Part shown: positions 1-9,000 of the stretch, piece after piece | Position numbering within the stretch: the first letter of the stretch is position 1 | How the letters are laid out: the number at the start of each line of letters is the position of its first letter | From: a virus | Taxonomy: Duplodnaviria; Caudoviricetes | DNA: 26,032 nucleotides | IMG/VR virus record: IMGVR_UViG_3300042380_000133 | Coordinates: 1-26,032 of that record | Reading direction: 5' to 3' (one strand) | Made by a program: the position numbers and the translations under genes | Notes under the pieces: model-generated | What the model was told of the DNA's origin: nothing | What the model saw: the letters and a program-made list of their open reading frames with translations, nothing else | The model's database searches: none

Positions 1-3000
1 GCGTTCACCGGAGCGAACGCAGGGTTCCCGAGGCCCGTGGTCACGAACCGGAACGCATTGTTCGTAAACCGCAGGGTTTCCTCGAACGCGGTGAGGCTCG
101 GATCCGGGGTGCTGATCGCATCCGCGAGCCTGCGGTTGTTGATGCGGATGATCACGAGGCTTCCATGCTCGTAGTCATGGCCGTTGATCGTGATCGGCGC
201 GTCCACATAGACGCCGAAGTTCCGTGGGTCGCTCGTCCAGTTTGGATCGAGAACCTCCTGAACCTCCTCGCGCAGGCGGATGCGGCCTCCGCCCGGAGCC
301 ATCCCGTACACGGGTCTGACCTGACGGACCATCGGACGAACGACCTCCGCCATGCCGGGATCGTTCACCATCAGCGTCAGGCGCAGGAACCTCTGCGCGA
401 CCTCGTTGCGAGCCACGCGCGAGATCGTGTCCTCGTGGACCATCCCGACCTGCGAGGTGACTCCCTCGGCCATGCTACGCCGACCAAGACGGTTCGGCAT
501 TCCACGGCCCTGCGTCGAGAGGCCACGGCCGAACACCTCTCCGGAGTCCCAGTCCTCGAAGTTCTCATCGAACGGACGGCCCGGAGCGCCTCGAAGCGGA
601 ACATAGTGCGAGTACCGCGTCGTGAGCGTGTTGTACATCTCGTGCGTGATGAGACCAGAATCGCGCCGCAGGAGCAGGCCAGCGCGCAGCATCTGTCGCC
701 AGTCATCCGCGATGCGGTTCATGGTCGCAAACTGCCCCGACGCGAGATGGCGGGAAATCACGGTGTTCGCATCAGCCGTCGTCATTCCGGTGCCGCCGTC
801 AGGCATCGCCGGGTTGATCGTCGCGATGTACGCATTGCCGCCATTGATCGCGTGTTGCGCGATCAGGAACTCGTCCATGTCCTCCATCTCGATGCCGTTC
901 TCGGCCATGTCTCGGAGGATCGAGGAGTACTCGAACTCGGCCTGACGCTGCACGGCGCCGAGACGCCCGGTCAGCGTACGCACGCCGAGATACGGGTTCG
1001 CCATGTCGGGCAACGCAAGACCGCTCGCGCGCTCGAACTGCTCGCCGTACCTGCGCAACTCGTCGTACTTGTCGATGCGGTTGAGAACGAACTCGTCGCG
1101 CACCCCTTGGACGCCCTCGCGCATTGACATCATCGCCGGGACATTGTCCGACCAGATGTGCGAGTACGCGGTGACAACGGCAGGCGGCTCGATGCGCAGC
1201 GATGCGAGGATGTCCATGTTCTTGGTGTCGAACCCGACATCGGTCGCAGACGCCGACTTCACCTGACCAGCCTTCCAGATGATCAGGCTGCTGTTGTCCC
1301 CGACCAGCGCCTTCTGAGCCTCCATGATCTCCCGGTCAGATGCTCCTTCGTTGACTGCTTTCCATTGCCAATACGACGCCATGCGATTCTGTCGATCGTT
1401 GTTCCATTGACGCTGTTCTTCAGAGAACCTCCCTTCCGAAACTGGATCGAACAAGATTTTTCCGTACTCCTCTCTCGGCACCATGAACGGGGACGCCGTG
1501 CGTCCTTCCGCAAAGTTCTGGTATCGGATCGAATCGAATCCGAGGCTCTCGATGAACTCTCGAAGCATGGTTATGCGGATTGCCGGGAAGTCCCGATTCC
1601 TTGGATTGACGCCCCCATACCCCGTTCCCGCGAATACAGGATTGGCGACACCAGCCAACCCATCCTCGACCAAGGTAGGAATGTGGATGCCTTCGACATC
1701 GACCTCCTCGTACATGCGAGTGAGGAACTCGGTGGCTGAATCTCGATCGGTGTGGCCGAAGCGGATCATCGCATTGACGATCTGCTCCAGATACCAAGTT
1801 GTCTTGTCATCGATCTCCATCGGCTTGGACGAACGCACATAGCACGGGAACATCACGCGAGGCGTCGTCTCCGCCGGGTAAAGTTCGGGACTGACGAATG
1901 TACTTGCCTGATGGAAGTTCCCGCAATGCCATCCGAACTGGGATGAGGACTTCTGGTTCGGGTCTGGCCTCGTGTACTCGTGGAGAGTTCCGTGCCACCA
2001 GATGTCATTGGGCTGAATGCCGTTCAGAGCGTTGTCCTTATCCCAGTACTTGACGAAGTTCGGGTGCGACGGCTTGGCCCATTGCCCCCTTACCATGCGC
2101 TTCCATGCCTCGTGGATCTCGTCGTGGTTCGTCGGCGCGACATTGCGAGCCGCAAACAACCGAAGCATGTCAACACGGTGTCGAAGCCACGGCTTCTCAG
2201 CAAGGACGCGGCTGATCGTTTCCTCTTCAGTCTCTCCCCGAGTCACAAGAGATGGTCTTCCAACGATCTTGAGAACCGTCTTGTACGCATTGGTGAACGC
2301 GAGCGGATCTTCCCGCAGGCTCATCATCGTTCCGGAAGAGAACTGCTGCGCGAACTTCTCGATCGCGTCGAGGCCATTCTGTCCGACGAGAGCGTCCTGC
2401 GTCCACGGAGTCTTTCGCTCCTGTCCCGTGCTGCTGTCCTTCGTGACTGAGAACTTCACGGACTTGGGCGCTGGAAGTTTGGCGGCCTTCGCACGGGCCT
2501 TCTCCTTCGCGTTGAACTCGGCAGCGTAATCAAAATCTACCACGCTTGTGATGAACTCGGCGTACCTCTTAGGCTCGAAGCGATAGGTCTTGTCCTTCAC
2601 CGTGTATCGGTACTCCGGCTTCAACCTGCCGGATTCGTCACGCACATACCCGTACTCGGAACCGTACATGTATGTGTCGTATCGGCCTTCCTTCGCGAAG
2701 ATGTCTGCGATCTGCGACTGGCCGTTGTTGATCATCTCGATCAGGCCGTCGAGCGTCTTGTGGGACGCCTCCTGACCGGACGCACCGACCCAGTTCATCC
2801 AATGCTCGAGTCCGTGGCTGATGTACTTGAGGATGTCCGGGCGCTTCTTTGCGAGCGCCGAGAACACATCCGCCGGGTTGATGGTGTTCTCCGCAGCCTC
2901 GTACAGGGCAAGGCCACGGACGCCGTTGAACAGCGTGGCAAGGCCAGCGATCTTGATCGGGACGATCTCGATGCTCGACTTCGCCCACCTCTTGATCGCG

Positions 3001-6000
3001 GCATTCAGGATCGCCAGACGCTTCTTCTTGTCGTCGATCTGCTCCAGATCCGGAATCGGGATGTCGGCATTCTCCTGCTCGATCAGACGCTGGCGGATCT
3101 CCGCTGGAACCTTCGTGTCCTTCTTGATCTTCCTGATCACCGATGCCTTGCGCTTCGCCTCGGCAGTCGCTGCTGCAAACTCGGCGGCAGCGGCCTCCGG
3201 ATCCTTCGCCAGAAGGTTCTTGACGGAGGCTTCCGCCTTCGCCTGCTCCTGCTCGTAGTACGCTTCGTATTCCTCGCGGCTCGACAGGTCGGTTGGGAAC
3301 TGCGCCGGAATGTAAGTCTCACCAACGACCTGACCTTCACGGAGAATCTCGTAGCCGCTCGTAAACCCGTCGTAGATGTTCGGGATTCGTCCGTCTCGGT
3401 TGTAGTGATCGTTGATGCGCACACGGTCGTTGACCGAGATGTCGTCCTTTCCAGCGACGAGAGCAGCAAATCCGACTACCTTGTTGTCGATGCCGAGCGA
3501 GCCTCCGAGCGCGTTGAAGATCCGGCGGAGCGCACGGCCAGTCACCTTCGGATCCGCCATTGCATTGTGGAAATGTTGGAGTCCGGACAGCGTGACGCCG
3601 CCAACAGTCACGACGCGCGAGATGTTCGCGAGGAAGTTGCGCCCGAACGCATTCGCGTTGTGCTTTGCACCGCTTCCCGGAGATCCGTTCTTCTCGGAGA
3701 GTTCACCAGTCTCAGGATTGATGAGCGCATCGATGTCCACGAACGCAAGTTCCTCGAACATCTCGCTGACCCAGTTCTCCCACTCCTTGTTGTGTACGGT
3801 GGTGGACCACGCACCGCTCATCGCGATGTCCACGAAGTACCCGAGTCCGCGCCCCGACTTGTTCGTGTAGTTCACAAGATCGAGGAACAGGCTTTCCTGA
3901 ATCTGCGGCGACACGCCGCGACTCATGAATCCCCACATCGCGAGCGCGACGGTGTGCTTTGGGAGAGCCTTTCCAGCCGCATACAGGGCGCGGAGTTTCG
4001 CAGCCATCTCCATGCCGTGAATGGCTTCATCGACCATCTTTCCGGTCAGTCGTCCGCCATCCTCGATGAGCGACAGGTCTCGCTTCATGCGCTCGAACCC
4101 GTTCCTCACGGACTCGATGAATGCGGTCGGCAGTAGAGGGATGGTCCGGCTGCCGAAGAGATCGACGAAGAACCTCGATGCCGACTCGACGCTCTCGAAC
4201 GGCTTGGGGTGCCGTTCCAGAATCGCGTCGAGCGCATTGACACTCGCGCCGTAGTTGTCCTTGTTGGTCTTTGCCGGGATCTTCGCGCCGGGTTCGATGT
4301 TCTGGATGTTCCCGTCGTACCGCTGGTTCAGGCGGGCGTCGAGTCCGTTGGCGTTTCGGGCTGCGCGGTCGGCAAGACGGCGGACGAGTTCATCGACGAC
4401 CGTGGCCGCTTCCGAGCCAGCGACTTCTCCGACCCATCCTTCGATGTTGATGTCGAAACCTTCGTCTCGGTATTCCTCGACGACGACGGCAGCAGCGTCG
4501 ATCCAAGGACTCCACGCAGCCACGATGGATTCTGCGTCCAAGACCTTCCGTACTTTGCCATTTCGGCTTCGCTTTCTTCCCAAGACATCGGCGTCTCCAA
4601 TCTTCGAGTAGGTCGATCGGACCTTCGCTTCCTCGATCACCAGACCATGCTTCTTCGCGATGTCCGATGCCGCGCGCACGAACTGCGCCTTAGTCACCGG
4701 ATTGTTCGGTCGGTTCGTGAAGACCGAAACGACGCCTGCATTTCCGGGGATCTCTGATGCGCCTCCGAGGCCAAACCCGGCATCGGAGAGTACTTCCGCC
4801 AGCACCTTCTGGTCAAGCGCGGACCCGTCTTCCTTGAGGAATGCAACGGCGTGGCCCTGCTCTGCACGAGCGGTGCCTTCGGTTGCCTCGCTGGTGACGA
4901 TAACAGCCTCTTGCAGCAGCAGCGATCCGATGAGATTCGCGACCTGCACGGACTGCTCGTGCGAGAGGCCCGGAATCTCGATGCGCATGGTGCGCTCGGT
5001 GACCCCGTTGTAGTTTCCGAGAACCGTCTTGATGTTCTTCGACGCGAGCGGAGAGATGCCCGGAATCGTGTCGAGAAGCGACACGACCTTCAGCGCAAAC
5101 TCCTTGCTTGTGGCCGTGTCGAGGATGCGCTCGTGAGCGCGCTGATACGCCTTGTCCTGCGAGAAATCCGGATCGTTGGACACGGATCCGACGATGATGT
5201 TCGGATTGATCATCGGTGCCGCAGTAGGCGCCGTGCTGACGGAGATCGCCGGAGCCGCCCCGGTTTGCGCAACCTTGCGAACGATCTTGCCTCGCTTCTC
5301 GGCAGCCTTCTTCTGAGCGGCAGCCTTCTCGCGCGCGATCTTCGCTTCCTGACGACGCTGCGCTGCGCTGGTCTTCCGCGCCTTCTGAGCCGGAGTCTCG
5401 GCGCGCTGCGAATACATCATTCGATTGTCGGATGCGCTTGGGTTGGCGTTGAAGTACCCCTTGACCTGATTCGGATCAAAGGCAACCCAAAAATCTCCGC
5501 GAGAACGGCCAATCGCGTCGTATCCGTTTTCACCCTTTACATGCACTCCATCGAATCCGGCATCGCGAAGCGCCTGATGGACTGCGGGATTGATGTCGCC
5601 ATATTCGTCCTGCTGAAAATCGTTGAACTCCTTGCCAAGGACATCGAGCGCCTTTCGGATGTACTGCTCTCCAATCCCGGCATCAACCACGAGCGGGTTC
5701 TTGATGTTGGCGACAAGAGGTATGACCTTTGAACCAAACCCCTCGCCCGCATACCTCCCGGCTCTGCCGTAATCCGTCGCAAGGTAGATACCCGGTCCAT
5801 ACGATCCACCCTCAGATGCCCTAAATGTGTCGAAGTCAGCGTCCGTCCCGTGGTACATGGGAATCAGGGATCCTGATTCATCAACAACCGTCGAACCACG
5901 GCTCCAGACCTTCATTGCCGGAGCCATGTCTTCCTGCGCCACAGGTCGCAGCGACATCTGCGCCTGATCTCCTTCGCGCTGCGAGTACAGGGACAGCAGT

Positions 6001-9000
6001 TCGTCGGGCATCGCAAGCGGCTTCTGTGGGCCAAAGTTCTTGCCATCCTTGAACCCGGCAAGCCACTTCTTGTACCGAGGATCGCGCTCGCCCCAGACAG
6101 ACCCGTCAGGGTTGCGCCGATTCGGACCGTAGTTCACCCACGAGTTCTGGGCGCGCGTCTCGGTACCCATCGCCCTGCGGGCGAGCGGCGAGAACATCAC
6201 GGCATGGCTGCGGTAAGCGCCCTCCTCGCCGCGAGGCCCGAACTGGTAGCCCTCCGATGCATGGCCGAAGATGTCATGCACCGCACGGAAGATGTCGTTG
6301 ACCGTCTGCGTGTACGGATCACCGTTCGAGTCATCGACCGTTCCGCCAGCCTCTTGCAGCAGCGGGTTGCGCTGAAGAAGTTCCTGCATGGCAGCAGGGT
6401 CGGAACCGAACGACGACGACTCCTCGGGATTGACGCTCTTGTAGTAGAAGATGCGCTTGTTCTTGCGCACATCATCGACCATGTCGGCGCTGTTGGCGTA
6501 CGGCTCGCCCTTCCCGGCCCACGGGATCATCTCGTAGCCCTGCTCGCGGAGGAACTCGTACTGATCCACGGTCTCCTGCGCGAACTGGTCGTAGGCGCGC
6601 AGCATCTCCGGGTCTTCGTAGTTGGCCGGGGTGTTCTCCAGCCAGTCAGCGACCTTCTTGGCAAACTCCTCGTCGATCTGCGGGTAGGTGTCCTCGATGC
6701 GCTGCTCAGGCTCGATGCCACGCGAGCGCATGAACTCGTTGCGCAGGGACCGAATGTCCTCGTTCGGAGCCTGTCGGCCCGGACGATCCGGCAGCGAGTA
6801 CGAAATCTCCTCTTCCGGAGTCTGGTACAGAGACCGGGCGCGCTCGATGCGCGCGACGGTGCCGAGATCGACTGGCTCGGTCGGCGCCTCTCCCCTGATG
6901 ATCGCCATCGCCTGCTGTGCGTTGCGCTGGCGTCGGGCCGTGTCCTCGATCTGCTGCGCAGTCTCCGAGACAGGCTGGGCTGCGGGCTGGGCCACATCGC
7001 GCATCTGCTCCGGGATCTGACGCCGTCCGAGCGGGGCGCGCTGCGGAGCGGTGACGCCGGAACTGACCTGCGCAAGGGTGCTGGTCAGGTACGGAACGAC
7101 CTCGGCGAGTGCGCCAAGTGCGCTGGCAGCAAGTCCAGACGCCTGCGGATCTGCGGTCATCGACTCGATCGTGCTGATCGCATTCGAGATCTTGCGCTTG
7201 TCGTCGTCTCCGCCGACTGGAGCGACAGGGATGCCGCCCGCGCCATCGCGAAGAGACGGGGAGACACCGCCAGCGGGAGGAGCCGGAGGGGCCGGAGGAG
7301 TAGAAACGCCCGTCGATGGTGTTGCGGACGGGGCGGGTGCAGTCGCAACGCCTGCCTGTTGCATGGTGGCGCGCGCGGCCTCCTTGCGCGCGATCTCGTC
7401 CATGTCCTTCTTCACGGACTCCGAGACTCGGTCGGAGAACCGACGATGGATCTTGATCTCCTCCTCGCGAACTCCGCGCAGCCGCTGCTGAATCTCGTAC
7501 AGCGCCTGCTGCGCCTCAGGACCAGCGAAGCCGTTGCGAACGAGGACATTCGCCATCCACCGAGTGAACGAACGCAGCGACCTTTCCTGCGCGTCCTTGT
7601 AGATGCCGTCCCATTCGGCAGCCATCTGGGTGGCTTGGCCCATAGCACGGTTCGCCGTGGTCGTGACGCTCTCTTCCGAGAACCTGCGGACCTGCGACCG
7701 CGCGGCGTCGTAGCCTCCGGCCTGCTCGACCTGCTGCTGCTGCTCGGTGGTCGCCACGCCAGCCAGAAGCGCGTTCGCAGCCTCGTGAAGGCCACGGTAG
7801 TACGCGATCACCTGCGCGTCGTTCATTCCTTCCAGAGCGGTGATCCCGTTCGCAGCGCCGAACCTGCGCATGTACGACGCGCCTCCGCGCATCGCATACA
7901 CGGGATCGATCTGGAGGAGTCTGGCGAGGAACCGCGCTCCGGCCGGAGAACGGGAGAGTGTGCGGTGGCGCGTCTCGTGCATGGAGATCGCGAACGCGCT
8001 GCGCGCGGTCATCGCCGTGCCGTTCTCGCGCACGAGGAACACGCCGTCCGGAGACGCCTGCGAGACATACGCTCCGTCCATCATCGGAGCCTTCTCGATC
8101 GTCTTGACGGTTCCGTCCTTCTGCTTGATCGAGAACACGACCTTGCCATCGAGGATCGTCGCCTGCTGCCCAGTCGAGCGAATCAGGTTCCGCTCTCCGT
8201 CTGACATGGCATCGGAGGCGACCTCCGAAAGGCTGACCGTGACGCGGACATCGCCGTTCGTCGCGTCACCGATCTCGTCCTTCGTGAGATACGGCGACGA
8301 GAACGGGTCGCTCTTCTTCCCAGACCGGGCCGCCCCTGCTTGGATATCCGTCCGCAGGGCGCGGATTCCACGGGACTTCTGGCCTCGCGGAAGCGCCTTC
8401 TGCTCCTTCAACGGCTTCCCGGCAGCGACAGCGTCTGCGTCCATCTGGCGCCGCAACTGGGCCTCGATGTCCGCAAACCGCTCGCGAGAGCCGTCGTTCA
8501 CGATGCTCAGGGTGAGTCCACGGCGGCGAGCCGTTTCGCGGATCTCCGGCTCCGCTGCCGTCATGTCGGACGGGTTGCTGTACGGGTAGTACTCGACGAT
8601 CTGGCCTGCGGCATTCTTCAGGACGGCCATTCCGGCAAGCAGGTTCCCGGAGTTGTTGAACGGAGAACCGACGAGGGCCGAGATCTCGCCTTGGTTGATC
8701 GAGTCCTCGGCCTGCTGGACCGCTCCCACCGGAGCGTAGACGCGCTTTCCGTTGACGACGCCGATGTGCTTCGTCGAGATTCCGACACGCTCCATGCGCT
8801 CCTTGACCTCCGGGGTCAAGGTCACATCGACATCGGCCTGATCGACGAACATCACCATGCGGTTGCCGTTCGCCATCTCCTCGACATGGGCCATCGCCAT
8901 GACCGAGCCGCGCGTAGGCATCGCGTTGCGCTGCCACGCTTCCGTGGCGTTTCTGGTGACGGTTGTTCCGCTCGTCTGCACCGACTGCGAGAGCAGGCGC

